A DNA stretch of 64,000 nt from an uncultured cyanobacterium (GCA_963803805.1 CAWDOD010000002.1:1152001-1216000), one strand, 5' to 3'; positions 10,238 through 21,588 are shown, counted from the stretch's first letter. Numbers and translations are program-made. The notes: a model not told the origin generated them from the sequence alone.

Positions 10238-12022
10238 TCAGGGTTTGACTAAGGTTTGTTTTTCAAGTTCGTAGTATTTATTGATTTGCTTTTTCTGTTG
10301 CCAGTTTGGATACCATAAAAACGCAACTAGGGGCAAACTTGTTGTTGCTAAAGCCCCTAATATGAATGGGTTAAATAAACCAAAAACCAATCCTGTACCG
10401 CAAGTCAATCCGCAAGTTATTGTTAGCAACAAGCTACTTAAAGCTAAACTTTTACTGAAGCCTCGGCTTAAGAACTCTTCTATTAAAGATTTTATTTCAT
10501 CCTTAGCTACAAACCAAACTATAGGACCAATGGTTGTACCAAATATACTACCAACAATAGCTCCTAAAGCTGTCCAGAAATCTCCAACTAATCCACTAGA
10601 GAACATAACTCCAAATCCAGCCCCAAAAACTGCCCCTAAAACAGCGCCAATTGTGGCACTAATGGTAGTTCCTCCCCAAGACATTTCTTTGGAGAAATAA
10701 AGGAACATAAATACATTACCGAATAAGGGCAAAGATAAAGGCAAAGCTAGGGATAAGATTGCATATCTAATAATTTGTAAATTAACTGTCCAATCAATTG
10801 CTAAACTAATTAGTAAACCAGCGATCGCAGCAGTAAAATAGGTTAAGAGAAGCTTTGAAGAAGGAAGTTTTTTGATTTCAGTTGCTACTGAAGCGGTGAC
10901 AACTTTGAGGGGGAAAATGTAAGGTTTTTCTCTAGTGTTAGTGTATAACAATAATTCTCGTTGATAAACTTGGTCAGCCAGTAACTTACTAGTATCAACT
11001 TTAATTTGGCATTTAACCCAATTTTGCTCAAATTCTTGTGGTGTAATACTAAGCCAATTAGAAATATCATTGGGGTGAGGGGCGATTAACCAATTACCTG
11101 CTAAGGTTGTTTCTTTAACTGAATTTTTAATAATAATATTTTTGCTTAATTTTTGACTTAATTTCTTAGCTTGAAAGTTAAATTGAGCAACACTAAGTTC
11201 TGTTTGTGCTAAGGCAAGTATTTCAAAATTCTCAAGTCCTTGTAACGCTTCCTGAGCATCGGCAAATCTATTTCTGGGGTTAGGTTCTACCATCTTTTCT
11301 AACCAAGCAACAAACCGCCTGTTTAATTGGGGAAGTAAATGCTTAAACTCGAAGCGATAGGGATTATCTGTGGTAGTTAATTCATGAATTTCTGTAGACT
11401 TCCTGCCCGTCAATAAACAAATTAAAGTTGCCCCTAAACTATACAAATCTGAGGCTTTTGTTGGTTGTCGAACTTGCTCAGGAGGAATAAAACCGGGGGT
11501 TCCTTTGAAAACACTACTACTAGAAATTTCTCGACTCCCCAAACTAGCTAAACCAAAATCAATTAAATAAACATTCAACTTGCTATCAACTAAAATATTT
11601 TCTGGTTTAATATCCCGATGTAAAATAGGAGGTAGACGATTTTGTAAGTAAACTAGTATTTCTAGAATAGCAACAGCAATAGTTTTAATTTCTTCAGGAG
11701 AAAAGGAACGAATTAAAGCGAGGGAAGAAGCATTTTTATACTCTTGAATTAAACAAAAGCCATCTTTTGTAGGAAAGCTATCTAAATAGTGAGGAATGCC
11801 GGGATGATTAAGTCCTTGGAGTATGGAAATTTCTCGTTCATAAAGCTCAAAACCAGACCAACTAGAACCTGCTGTTGCAAAACGAAATTGCTTCAGAACC
11901 GCTTCTCGATTAGTATTTACCTCTGTTACCAACCAAGTAATACGTCCTCCTTCCAAGTTACGTCCTAACTCCCTAATAATTTCATAACCTTGGCTAGACA
12001 AATCAAGTAGGTTATCATTCAT
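10238..12022 (-). CDS. Membrane-bound Hanks-type Ser/Thr protein kinase
   Basis: VLKQF, HPGIPHY, HRDIKPEN, LIDFG, GTPGFIPPEQ, SDLYSLG; several Gly-rich TM helices at C-terminus. Confidence 0.93.
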   Translation of the reverse strand: MNDNLLDLSSQGYEIIRELGRNLEGGRITWLVTEVNTNREAVLKQFRFATAGSSWSGFELYEREISILQGLNHPGIPHYLDSFPTKDGFCLIQEYKNASSLALIRSFSPEEIKTIAVAILEILVYLQNRLPPILHRDIKPENILVDSKLNVYLIDFGLASLGSREISSSSVFKGTPGFIPPEQVRQPTKASDLYSLGATLICLLTGRKSTEIHELTTTDNPYRFEFKHLLPQLNRRFVAWLEKMVEPNPRNRFADAQEALQGLENFEILALAQTELSVAQFNFQAKKLSQKLSKNIIIKNSVKETTLAGNWLIAPHPNDISNWLSITPQEFEQNWVKCQIKVDTSKLLADQVYQRELLLYTNTREKPYIFPLKVVTASVATEIKKLPSSKLLLTYFTAAIAGLLISLAIDWTVNLQIIRYAILSLALPLSLPLFGNVFMFLYFSKEMSWGGTTISATIGAVLGAVFGAGFGVMFSSGLVGDFWTALGAIVGSIFGTTIGPIVWFVAKDEIKSLIEEFLSRGFSKSLALSSLLLTITCGLTCGTGLVFGLFNPFILGALATTSLPLVAFLWYPNWQQKKQINKYYELEKQTLVKP

Positions 12023-12114
12023 TTAACATTTAACATTTATCACTTATTACCTAAATTCTAGCTTATGATCCATTAAGCTGTTGCACCTTCAAACAATTAT
12101 CAATTATCAATTAG

Positions 12115-15100
12115 CTAAAGATTCTCTTCTTCTATAATTGCATCCCGATCTAATAAAAGTAAGTTTCTTAGTTGGTCTGTATCCATTTTTGTTAACCATT
12201 GTTCCCCTGCATCTACAGTTTGTTCTGCTAACTGTTTTTTACTTTCAATAATGTCATTAATTCTTTCTTCTAAAGTACCATTGCAAACAAATTTATGAAC
12301 CTGGACATTACGTTTTTGACCGATACGAAAAGCCCTATCAGTAGCCTGATTTTCTACTGCCGGGTTCCACCATCTATCCACATGAAAAACGTGATTAGCC
12401 CTGGTTAAATTAAGTCCTGTTCCCCCTGCTTTTAAAGAAAGAATAAGTAATCTTGGCCCTTCAGGATCATTCTGAAAACGGTCAATCATAGCTTCTCTTT
12501 GAACCCGACGAGTTGCACCGTATAAAAAGAGAACTTCTCCCCCTAACTTTCTTTCTAGATAGGGTTGAAGTAGTTTGCCCCATTCTGCAAATTGGGTAAA
12601 AATCAAAGCGCGATCGCCTTCTGCCACTACTTCTTCTAACATTTCTTCTAAACGTAGTAATTTACCAGAACGTTCAGCCGATTTAATAGTTTTCTCTTTT
12701 AAAAAATGGGCAGGATGGTTACAAACTTGCTTGAGCTTTAGTAGGAGAGTTAGAATTAAACCATGGCGCTTAATGCCATCTACAGCTTCAATTTCTTTTA
12801 AGGATTTATCTACTAATTGTTGATATAATACGGCTTGTTCTTCTGACAAACCGCAAAACACATTCATCTCTTGCTTCTCTGGCAAATCTTGAATGATTTT
12901 TTTATCAGTTTTGAGACGGCGGAGAATGAAAGGTTGTACTAAAGAACGTAAAATTTGTAGAGAGTCACGATCACCATATTTTTCAATGGGAATTGCAAAG
13001 CGGCGTTGGAAAAATTGCTTGGTTCCTAAATAGCCTGGATTGAGAAAATCTAAAATCGACCACAACTCAGAAAGGCGATTTTCCACCGGGGTTCCTGTTA
13101 AGGCAATGCGAAAACCTGCGGGCAATTCTCTAACTGCTTTGGATTGTTTAGCCTGGGGATTTTTGACATTTTGGGCTTCATCTAAAACAATACCTTCCCA
13201 CTCAACCTTTTCTAAGGTTTTGAGATCGCGATAAATGAGGGCATAACTAGTAATAACTAAATTTTTCTTAGCAACTTGCTTAAGAAAATTATTGCCTTTG
13301 TTCCGTTTATCACCGTGGTGAACTACCACCGATAAACTAGGGGCAAATTTATGAATTTCTCTCTCCCAATTACCTAATACAGAAGTAGGACAAACTATTA
13401 AAGTGGGGGCAGATAAAGTTTCTTTTTCTTTGAGATGTAAAATCAAACCAATTAACTGTGCTGTTTTACCTAAACCCATGTCATCTGCTAAACAAGCACC
13501 CAAACCCCAGCGTTCTAAAAATGCTAACCAACTCACTCCTCGAAGTTGGTAAGGACGTAGGGTTCCTTGGAATTTTTCGGGAACCTTAATGGTTTTAATA
13601 GACTGATTATTATTGAGATTATCAATTAACTCTTTTAGTACTCCAGAAGCTTGGAAATCAACGACAGGTAATTTGGCTAAAGTTTGAGTATCTCCTTGAC
13701 TTAAACGTAGGGCATCTTCTACTGATAAATCCAGATTTTCATTTTGAGAAGATAAGACTGCTTGAGCTGCTTTTACATCGGCTGGTTGCAAGGCCAGCCA
13801 TTCCCCATCTACCTCAACTAAAGGGGATTTTTGTGCTAGCAAGCGTTCAAAATCTTGCTTAGAAAGAGTCTTGTCACCAATGGCAATATTTAATTTAAAA
13901 TTAAGTAAACTTTGCAATCCCAAACGCTTCTTCCCATCAGCTACTTGAGCTTTAATACTAACCCCTAAACGTTTTTCGTTACTTCCCGGAGTTAAGCCAG
14001 GAGGGAAAAGCACACCTAAACCATTATCTTGAAATTGCCAAGCGATCGCCCGAATAAATTCATAAACTTGAATCGGATTCAATTCACAAACAACAGGCCG
14101 ACTTTCTTCTAGAGTCACCTTAATTGGTTCATAAATTCGAGCAGCTAAACCTAAACCTTTAAGCAAAGTTTCTTGGGGCTGTTCAATTGTCCTATTCTCA
14201 ATGGTGATTTGTTCGGCTGGATATTGCCAAATATCTACTGCGGAAACTAAGAAATCTTCATCATCAATAGAGCGCAAATAATAATCGAGAAACCAATCTC
14301 CCCCAACTTCTTCCGGTGGTTCCAGGGCAAAACAAGTGCGAAAAGGATTTTGTCCCAACTGGTAAGCAAGAGGATCAACTAAATAGTCTTGTAAGGGCAA
14401 TTTCCACCGAGAAATAATTCTTTCCCACCCTTTAGTTAAACTTGGAGCTATTTCTAACTGATTTTCTGTTTGTGAAAGGGCTTGTAACCAAACTTTTATC
14501 TCACTTTCTTTACTAGGTTTGATATTAGTAGTCAGCCACTTTCTAATCCTAAAATCGATAACATAATTCAAAAAAGACAATAACAACTCTTGGGCTTCAA
14601 TATCTTCTTGATAAGCAAGACAAGCAGCAGGCATCAAACGAATGAATTTAGCTAAAAGTTCTTGATCAACAGCACTATCAAGCAAAGGCTGCCAAAAGGC
14701 AACCTCTTCTCCTTCCTGGGGTGAAAACAATCCCGGTAAGAATTTCCCCCTAGCTAAGATATCTAAACTCCAACGATAAACCTGACACCAAAAACGCAAC
14801 TCTGTACCCACATAATTATCTTCACTTTGGAAAGAAGTTAGGGGTAAACTATGCAAAAATTCTGCTGCTTCTTGGGTTTTAAGGACGTATCCTCCTATTT
14901 GCCAAGGTTCTAAACTAAGGGAAGCAAAATCAGTAACATTAGCGTTCGATAAAACCGGAACTAATTCTTTTTCCTTTGGCTTAGTTTTACTTTTCCCTTT
15001 ATTTTTTCCCTGATCTTCTTTTTGATAGCTAGGCAAAGTAACAATTTGTGTTTGCCACTTTTTCTCCTCCCCCGGAAGCTGATAGGATTGCCACAAAGCC

Positions 15101-15249
15101 TCTAACTCTTCTTCGTTGGTACTGTAGGGATGACAGGGAAACTTTGTTGGTTTAGTTTCTTCTGTAGTGAGGTTACGCCAGGTTTCTCCCCAAACAAAGA
15201 AATAGCCCTGATGAGATTGAAGAATCCAACTGCCATGTAGAGTTGCCAT
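12115..15249 (-). CDS. SNF2-family (DEAD/DEAH-box) helicase-like ATPase
   Basis: LRPYQ, LADDMGLGKT, LDEAQ, ALTGTPVEN, SLKAGGTGLNL, WWNPAVENQATDRAFRIGQ. Confidence 0.95.
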   Translation of the reverse strand: MATLHGSWILQSHQGYFFVWGETWRNLTTEETKPTKFPCHPYSTNEEELEALWQSYQLPGEEKKWQTQIVTLPSYQKEDQGKNKGKSKTKPKEKELVPVLSNANVTDFASLSLEPWQIGGYVLKTQEAAEFLHSLPLTSFQSEDNYVGTELRFWCQVYRWSLDILARGKFLPGLFSPQEGEEVAFWQPLLDSAVDQELLAKFIRLMPAACLAYQEDIEAQELLLSFLNYVIDFRIRKWLTTNIKPSKESEIKVWLQALSQTENQLEIAPSLTKGWERIISRWKLPLQDYLVDPLAYQLGQNPFRTCFALEPPEEVGGDWFLDYYLRSIDDEDFLVSAVDIWQYPAEQITIENRTIEQPQETLLKGLGLAARIYEPIKVTLEESRPVVCELNPIQVYEFIRAIAWQFQDNGLGVLFPPGLTPGSNEKRLGVSIKAQVADGKKRLGLQSLLNFKLNIAIGDKTLSKQDFERLLAQKSPLVEVDGEWLALQPADVKAAQAVLSSQNENLDLSVEDALRLSQGDTQTLAKLPVVDFQASGVLKELIDNLNNNQSIKTIKVPEKFQGTLRPYQLRGVSWLAFLERWGLGACLADDMGLGKTAQLIGLILHLKEKETLSAPTLIVCPTSVLGNWEREIHKFAPSLSVVVHHGDKRNKGNNFLKQVAKKNLVITSYALIYRDLKTLEKVEWEGIVLDEAQNVKNPQAKQSKAVRELPAGFRIALTGTPVENRLSELWSILDFLNPGYLGTKQFFQRRFAIPIEKYGDRDSLQILRSLVQPFILRRLKTDKKIIQDLPEKQEMNVFCGLSEEQAVLYQQLVDKSLKEIEAVDGIKRHGLILTLLLKLKQVCNHPAHFLKEKTIKSAERSGKLLRLEEMLEEVVAEGDRALIFTQFAEWGKLLQPYLERKLGGEVLFLYGATRRVQREAMIDRFQNDPEGPRLLILSLKAGGTGLNLTRANHVFHVDRWWNPAVENQATDRAFRIGQKRNVQVHKFVCNGTLEERINDIIESKKQLAEQTVDAGEQWLTKMDTDQLRNLLLLDRDAIIEEENL

Positions 15250-15444
15250 GTTTTTAGTTTAAGTTAGGAGGAGAAGGGAAAGCTTAAAAAGCACTCTATT
15301 TATTTAAACCCAGTTTAACCCCATTACCCCTACCAACGCCTAAGCAGGTGAAGAAGTAGCCATTAAATTAATAATTCATCAATTCAGAAAGTGCTAGGAT
15401 CGCTGCTAGAAAGTAAAAGCGACGAAAATAAGGAAAAGTTTTGA

Positions 15445-17594
15445 ATGCAAGAGATGGAAAAGTCAATATCCTTTGATGGACGGGATATTCGACTCAAGAT
15501 TGGTCTGCTAGCTCCCCAGGCAGGAGGTTCAGTTTTAATAGAATCAGGGGAAACTTCTGTTTTAGTAACAGCAACCCGCGCTGAGGGTAGAGAAGGAATT
15601 GATTTTTTACCTTTATTAGTTGATTACGAAGAAAGACTCTATGCAGGAGGGAAAATTCCTGGTAGTTTCCTGCGTAGAGAAGGAAGACCCTCAGAAAAAG
15701 CAACTCTCACTTGTCGTTTAATTGATCGCCCTCTACGCCCTTTATTTCCTCAGTGGTTGCGAGATGATATTCAAATTATCGCCACTACCATGTCCATGGA
15801 CCCCCAAGTTCCCCCGGATGTTTTGGCGGTAACGGGAGCTTCTATTGCTGTACTCTTAGCCCAAATCCCCTTTAATGGTCCCATGGCAGCAGTACGGGTG
15901 GGCTTAGTTGGGGATGATTTTATTATTAACCCCACCTATAAAGAAATACGAGAAGGGGACTTAGATTTAATTGTTGCCGGTTCCCCTGACGGAGTTGTGA
16001 TGGTAGAAGCGGGGGCTAACGAATTACCAGAACAGGATATTATCGAAGCCATTGATTTTGGTTACGAAGCTGTTCAGGACTTGATTGAAGCTCAAAATGC
16101 CATCCTCAAAGAATTGGGGCTAGAATTAGTCACTGAGGCAGAGCCGGAAGTTGATTCTACCTTAGAAGAATTTGTCAGCGATCGCGCCACCGCCGGAATC
16201 AAAAAAGTTCTCGCCAACTACGATTTCGATAAACACGCTAGGGACGAAGCTTTAGAGCAGCTTAAAGAAGCAGAAGTTATCGAAGCGATCGCTCAATTAC
16301 CAGAAGAAGATCCTCTTCAAGTTGCCGTAGCAGAAAATAGCAAAGCCGTAGGTAAAGTCTTTAAAAAGATCACCAAAAAACTGATGCGGGCGCAAATTGT
16401 TGAAGAAGGGATTCGGGTTGATGGTCGTAAATTAGATCAGGTACGGCCTATTTCCTGTCGTGTGGGACTCCTACCCAGACGGGTTCACGGTGCAGGATTA
16501 TTTGCTCGTGGACTAACCCAAGTCCTATCTATCGCCACCCTAGGAACTCCAGGTAATGCTCAAGATTTAGGGGACGATCTTCACCCCCAAGATGAAAAAC
16601 GCTACCTCCACCACTATAACTTCCCACCCTATTCCGTGGGAGAAACTAGACCGATGCGTTCTCCCGGAAGAAGAGAAATTGGTCACGGTGCGTTAGCGGA
16701 AAGGGCTTATTACCTATACTTCCTCCTAAAGAAGAGTTCCCCTATGTCATTCGCGTTGTCTCAGAAGTACTCTCTTCTAATGGTTCTACTTCTATGGGGT
16801 CTGTGTGCGGCTCTACCCTAGCATTAATGGATGCAGGAGTACCGATAACCAAACCCGTGAGTGGGGCGGCTATGGGCTTAATTAAAGAAGGAGAAGAAGT
16901 TCGCATTCTCACGGATATTCAAGGAATAGAAGACTTTCTAGGGGATATGGATTTCAAAGTTGCAGGAACCGATACTGGTATCACTGCTTTGCAAATGGAT
17001 ATGAAAATTACCGGTCTTCCTGTAGAGATCATTGCCAACGCCATCGCCCAAGCCAAACCAGCCCGACTGCATATCCTAGAAAAGATGCTGGCTACCATAG
17101 AAGAGCCTCGCACCAACCTTTCTAATTATGCACCGCGCTTACTAACCCTGAAAATCAACCCTGACCTCATTGGTTTAGTTATCGGGCCTGGAGGTAAAAC
17201 CGTTAAAGGTATTACCGAAGAAACCGGGGCTAAGGTAGATATTGAAGATGATGGCACTGTTACCGTCTCAGCAGTGGAAGGAGATAAAGCCGAAAAAGCG
17301 GCGAAGATTATTCGGGATATGACCCGTAAGCTCAACGAAGGAGATGTCTGCGTTGGTAAAGTTACTCGCATTATCCCCATCGGTGCTTTCGTCGAAATCA
17401 TGCCCAAAAAAGAAGGGATGATTCATATTTCTCAACTAGCTGAACACCGGGTAGGTAAAGTAGAAGATGAAGTTGCCGTAGGAGATGAGGTGGTAGTTAA
17501 GGTACGGGAATTAGATAGTAAAGGTCGCATCAACCTAACCCGTCTAAACATTCACCCCGACGAAGCCGCCGCCGCCCGCGCCACCGCAGATTAA
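15445..17594 (+). CDS. pnp: Polyribonucleotide nucleotidyltransferase, split by a 1-nt deletion at about 16707-16708
   Basis: [32 protein letters not shown] in first ORF; adding one T restores [38 protein letters not shown], continuing into [11 protein letters not shown] (IGPGGK) and S1 domains. Confidence 0.95.
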
Positions 17595-17601
17595 ATTTAA
17601 C

Positions 17602-17713
17602 GTAACGGTAAGACCCATTGTCCCTGCCGTTACCAATATCTCAAAAAATAGAGTAAGGGTAGGTTTATCTAGATTTCAGGCGACAGCATAGATTTTGTAA
17701 AACCTACCCCTGC
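17602..17713. repeat. Two REP-like hairpins downstream of pnp
   Basis: GTAACGG(T)A...TGCCGTTAC (17602-17633) and GTAAGGGTAGGTTT...AAACCTACCCCTGC (17653-17713); possible terminator or mRNA-stabilising role. Confidence 0.55.
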
Positions 17714-17766
17714 AATAAATTTTTAATTCTGAACTTACCATTGCTCCCTGCCCTAACCAATAACCT

Positions 17767-18381
17767 ATGCCACAAGACAACTTAACCACCGAACAATATC
17801 AGCAAAAAATGCAGCGACGCAAAGAGATACAAGCAAAAAGATTAGCTGAGCGATCGCAAGAAAAAGGTTTAATTATTGTTCATACAGGTAATGGTAAGGG
17901 GAAAACCACTGCGGCTTTAGGTATGGTACTCCGTTCTTTGGGTCATGGTTATAAAGTGGCCATTATCCAATTTATTAAAGGAGCCTGGGAACCGGCAGAA
18001 AAAGAAGTATTTAGTCATTGGCCAGAACAATTGGTTTTTCAAGCTTTAGGAGAAGGTTTCACCTGGGAAACCCAAGACAGAGAAAGAGACAGGCAAAAAG
18101 CTAATCAAGCTTGGCAAACAGCCCTGCAATATATCCGCGATCCTGAATATAAGTTTGTTCTTTTAGATGAAGTTAATATTGCCTTAAAACATGGTTACTT
18201 AGATATTGAAACAGTGCTACAGGGTTTAGCCGAAAAACCTGACGACTCCCATGTAGCCCTCACCGGAAGAGGCGCTCCCCCTAGCTTAATAGAAAAAGCA
18301 GACTTGGTAACAGAAATGACTCTGGTTAAACATCCTTTTCGTGAACAAGGAGTCAAAGCCCAACCAGGAATCGAATATTAA
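17767..18381 (+). CDS. cobO: Cob(I)yrinic acid a,c-diamide adenosyltransferase
   Basis: TGNGKGKTTAALG, QFIKG, GEGFTW, LLDEVN, LTGRGAP, KHPF...AQPGIEY. Confidence 0.96.
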   Translation: MPQDNLTTEQYQQKMQRRKEIQAKRLAERSQEKGLIIVHTGNGKGKTTAALGMVLRSLGHGYKVAIIQFIKGAWEPAEKEVFSHWPEQLVFQALGEGFTWETQDRERDRQKANQAWQTALQYIRDPEYKFVLLDEVNIALKHGYLDIETVLQGLAEKPDDSHVALTGRGAPPSLIEKADLVTEMTLVKHPFREQGVKAQPGIEY

Positions 18382-18452
18382 TAACTAATAGCTAGTTGGA
18401 AACCTTATTTGACCCCTGACCCTTGACCCCACTCCTTTTTCTATGAGATTTA

Positions 18453-18470
18453 GTTACAAATCTTTATAAG
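18453..18470 (+). promoter_or_regulatory. HLR1-like (RpaB) direct repeat upstream of crtR
   Basis: GTTACAAA-TC-TTTATAAG matches HLR1 spacing, 57 bp before the start codon. Confidence 0.4.
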
Positions 18471-18527
18471 TTAGCCCTTCTAGCGTATACTACGCGGAGA
18501 AAGCATAGAAAGGAGCAATAAGCGAAT

Positions 18528-19415
18528 ATGGGGTCGGCTCAGATAGCAGTAAAAGTACCAAAAGAGTTTCTTCAGGCTCCTGGCGGCTTGAATATAACCC
18601 TGACCATATTTTTAATAGCGATCGCCCTGATTGTTATCTCAACCTGTGGCTATTGGCTGTGGGGGTGGCCTAGTTGGTGCTGTTTTTTTACTAACGTTCT
18701 TGCCTTACATATGGCAGGGACAGTTATTCATGATGCTTCCCATAAGTCAGCCCATAAGAACCCCACACTTAACTCTATTTTGGGCCATGGTAGCGCTTTG
18801 ATGTTGGGGTTTGCTTTTCCGGTTTTTACCAGGGTTCATATCCAGCACCACGCTAATGTTAATGATCCTCAAAATGACCCAGATCATTTTGTTTCTACCG
18901 GGGGGCCGTTATGGTTAATTGCGGCTCGATTCTTTTATCACGAAATATTTTTCTTTAAACGTCGTCTTTGGCGCAAATATGAATTACTAGAATGGTTTTT
19001 AAGCCGTTTGTTTGTCATCACTATAGTTTTGATCGCTTGTCAATATGGTTTTATCGGCTACATTCTCAATTATTGGTTTTCTCCTGCTTTGGTAGTAGGA
19101 CTTGCCCTGGGGCTATTTTTTGATTATCTACCCCACCGTCCTTTTAGGGAGCGCGATCGCTGGAAGAATGCCAGAGTTTATCCTAATCCGATTCTGAATA
19201 TACTAATTTTGGGCCAGAACTATCATCTTATTCATCATCTTTGGCCTTCTATTCCTTGGTACAAATATCAAGCTGCTTATCGGGCAACTAAACCTTTACT
19301 TGATTCTAAAGGTTGTCATCAATCCCTTGGCTTGCTTAAAGGGAAAGACTTTTTGAGCTTTGTCTACGATATTTTTCTTGGTATTCGCTTCCACCGTCCC
19401 AAGTTAGACAAATGA
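18528..19415 (+). CDS. crtR: Beta-carotene hydroxylase (fatty-acid desaturase-like)
   Basis: His boxes HDASH, HIQHH, HLIHH; FAFPVFTRVH, DPDHFVSTGGPLW, FFDYLPHRPF. Confidence 0.95.
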   Translation: MGSAQIAVKVPKEFLQAPGGLNITLTIFLIAIALIVISTCGYWLWGWPSWCCFFTNVLALHMAGTVIHDASHKSAHKNPTLNSILGHGSALMLGFAFPVFTRVHIQHHANVNDPQNDPDHFVSTGGPLWLIAARFFYHEIFFFKRRLWRKYELLEWFLSRLFVITIVLIACQYGFIGYILNYWFSPALVVGLALGLFFDYLPHRPFRERDRWKNARVYPNPILNILILGQNYHLIHHLWPSIPWYKYQAAYRATKPLLDSKGCHQSLGLLKGKDFLSFVYDIFLGIRFHRPKLDK

Positions 19416-19562
19416 GCAAAAGTCATCACTCCCCTTGCTCCCTCTCTCTACCTATGCCACTAAACACCGATCTGGTATAACCTTAACTCTAAATGCTGAT
19501 TACTAGTTCTAGGTTAAGAAGACTGTTTATGTGGCACCGTTAAACTCAAATGGGGGGAGACT

Positions 19563-21203
19563 ATGATTGAACAAAAATCTCAGGGTAGCAAAAAGAAACT
19601 CATTTTCCGTGGCTTAGGGATAATCACTTCCTTTATTTGTATTGCAGGGCTAGCAGTTGCTTTTGCCCCCACTGAAGAAACAAAAAAGAGCGAAAATACA
19701 GATGTAATCTTGGAAGTTGGGGTTGTTCAGCGTTTTGGTGAGGAAACAACCGATGAACTAACTATTTCGGCAACAGGAGGGGGAAAACTAACCCTACAAT
19801 TCCTCGCTGGGGATATGAGTTCAACTACCGTAGAAGCGACAGAAGTTAAGGTACAACTTAGTAGCACTCCCTTAACTGAGGCAAAAGTAGTCGAAAAAAT
19901 TATCCTTAGCGATCGCTCTACTTTTGAAACAGCAGAAGATAGTTCCCTGGGCTGGGAAGAGTTGGGGGTAGCAACAGAAGTTACCCAACCTGGGCGGTGG
20001 CAAGTTTGGGCAAAAAGAGATGTTTACCAAACTCCTTTACTACGACGCTTACTTTTGGAGACTTTACAGGCTCAAGGTTACGAGGATACCTATTTAGAGA
20101 CGGAGGTTTTAGAAGCAGAAAAGAAAATTGCTTTTACCGTAGGAGGTTATCGTTATAACCGCCAAAAATTAACTATTACTGCGGATAATGAGTTAATCCA
20201 AGTCCTAGACAAAGAAGATCAGCGTAGCCCCTATTTATACTCTGGGTATTTGGAATTTCAGCCTAACGCCTACGGGGACTTCAGCTTAGTTAACCATGTT
20301 CCCCTAGAAACCTATTTACGGGGGGTCGTTCCCCACGAGATTGGTCCCAACGCCCCTTATAATGCTGTCGAAGCTCAAACAATTATTGCCCGTACCTACG
20401 CCCTCAGAAACCTACGGCGCTTTAAAGCAGATGATTACCAACTTTGCGCTACAGTTCATTGTCAAGTTTATCGTGGCTTAAGTGGCACTAGTGCCTCCGC
20501 TGATAAAGCGATCGCTGCTACCACAGGGCTAGTTTTGACCTACGAAAATGAATTAGTAGATGCCCTTTATTCTGCTGCCACAGGAGGAGTTACAGCCTCT
20601 TTTGGTGATATTTGGGATGGTGAACAACGCCCCTATCTTCAGCCTGTAATTGACTCTCCTAATCCAGTGTGGGATTTAGCCCAAAAACCCCTAGAAAATG
20701 AGGCCAATTTCCGCCAATTTATTGCTTCTAAAGCTGGTTTCAATGAAAGCGATGTTGATGCTTTTCGTTGGGATAAACAAAGTAGCATTGAACAATTAAC
20801 TAAAGATTTACAACGCTACCTCACCAATACGAAAAGTCCTTTAGCAAGCTTCACTACCATTAATAAAATGGAGATTACCGAGCGATCACCTTCGGGAAGA
20901 GTACTTACCTTAGTGGTGGAAACCGATAAAGGTTTAGTAGAACTCCATAAAAACGAAGCCCGCAGTGCCTTCGCACCCCCTCGTAGTACCCTATTTTATC
21001 TAGAACCCGTTTATGGGGCCAACCAAAACTTAACCGCCTACAAATTTATCGGCGGTGGTTTTGGTCACGGAGTTGGTATGAGTCAATATGGTTCTTATAA
21101 CCTAGCTAATCTTGGTTGGTCTTCTCAAAAAATTCTCGATTTCTACTATCCCAATACGGAAATTAAGCCCCTAGATGATTCGATTATTTTTTATCGTCAG
21201 TGA
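19563..21203 (+). CDS. SpoIID/LytB domain protein
   Basis: VPLETYLRGVVPHEI, AQTIIARTYA, CQVY, GGGFGHGVGMSQYG, ILDFYYP; N-terminal TM anchor. Confidence 0.92.
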   Translation: MIEQKSQGSKKKLIFRGLGIITSFICIAGLAVAFAPTEETKKSENTDVILEVGVVQRFGEETTDELTISATGGGKLTLQFLAGDMSSTTVEATEVKVQLSSTPLTEAKVVEKIILSDRSTFETAEDSSLGWEELGVATEVTQPGRWQVWAKRDVYQTPLLRRLLLETLQAQGYEDTYLETEVLEAEKKIAFTVGGYRYNRQKLTITADNELIQVLDKEDQRSPYLYSGYLEFQPNAYGDFSLVNHVPLETYLRGVVPHEIGPNAPYNAVEAQTIIARTYALRNLRRFKADDYQLCATVHCQVYRGLSGTSASADKAIAATTGLVLTYENELVDALYSAATGGVTASFGDIWDGEQRPYLQPVIDSPNPVWDLAQKPLENEANFRQFIASKAGFNESDVDAFRWDKQSSIEQLTKDLQRYLTNTKSPLASFTTINKMEITERSPSGRVLTLVVETDKGLVELHKNEARSAFAPPRSTLFYLEPVYGANQNLTAYKFIGGGFGHGVGMSQYGSYNLANLGWSSQKILDFYYPNTEIKPLDDSIIFYRQ

Positions 21204-21468
21204 TACAAGATACTTGAATGTCGAGTAGGTCAGGACTTTCCGAGTAAGGATTCTCAAAATATTTCAGGCGATTTCGACGAGGTAAAATCTCTAAAGCTGA
21301 TTTTTTCGTTATGCGATTGGGGACAGCGGCCTTTCCTGTCTTTCTTCTGAGCTACTTGATATTATTCTATATAATGCTAGAAGTATTTAGTTGGCAAGAA
21401 ACACGAAGAATAAAACTAGAAGAGCAACTATCAAGACAAATCATTGATTTTGTATTTAGCCCGGATAG

Positions 21469-21562
21469 TATAGCAGTAGCCAAGAAAGTTAGGACGTTCT
21501 CTGTTCCCTAATTCCTTTGAACTACAGTTTATGATGTCCTAAACAGCCTGACTGTTGCTATA
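21469..21562. mobile_element. MITE-like element with TATAGCA termini
   Basis: Left TATAGCA-N13-TTAGGAC, right GTCCTAA-N13-TGCTATA (imperfect 27-bp inverted termini), 94 bp. Confidence 0.7.
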
Positions 21563-21588
21563 AATATGAAGTGGAATAGAGAAATAGA

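Noticed and set aside
10238-15249. SNF2 helicase plus kinase as an anti-phage system
   Set aside because: This SNF2 type is a widespread chromosomal gene; no nuclease, methylase or other defence partner is adjacent
16700-16706. AAAGGGC as a programmed -1 slippery heptamer in pnp
   Set aside because: Out of phase with the upstream reading frame, and GGG is atypical; a simple lost T explains the break
21204-21260. Minus-strand PDLLDIQ resembling the RpoB N-terminus
   Set aside because: Seven-residue match with no supporting ORF; probably chance
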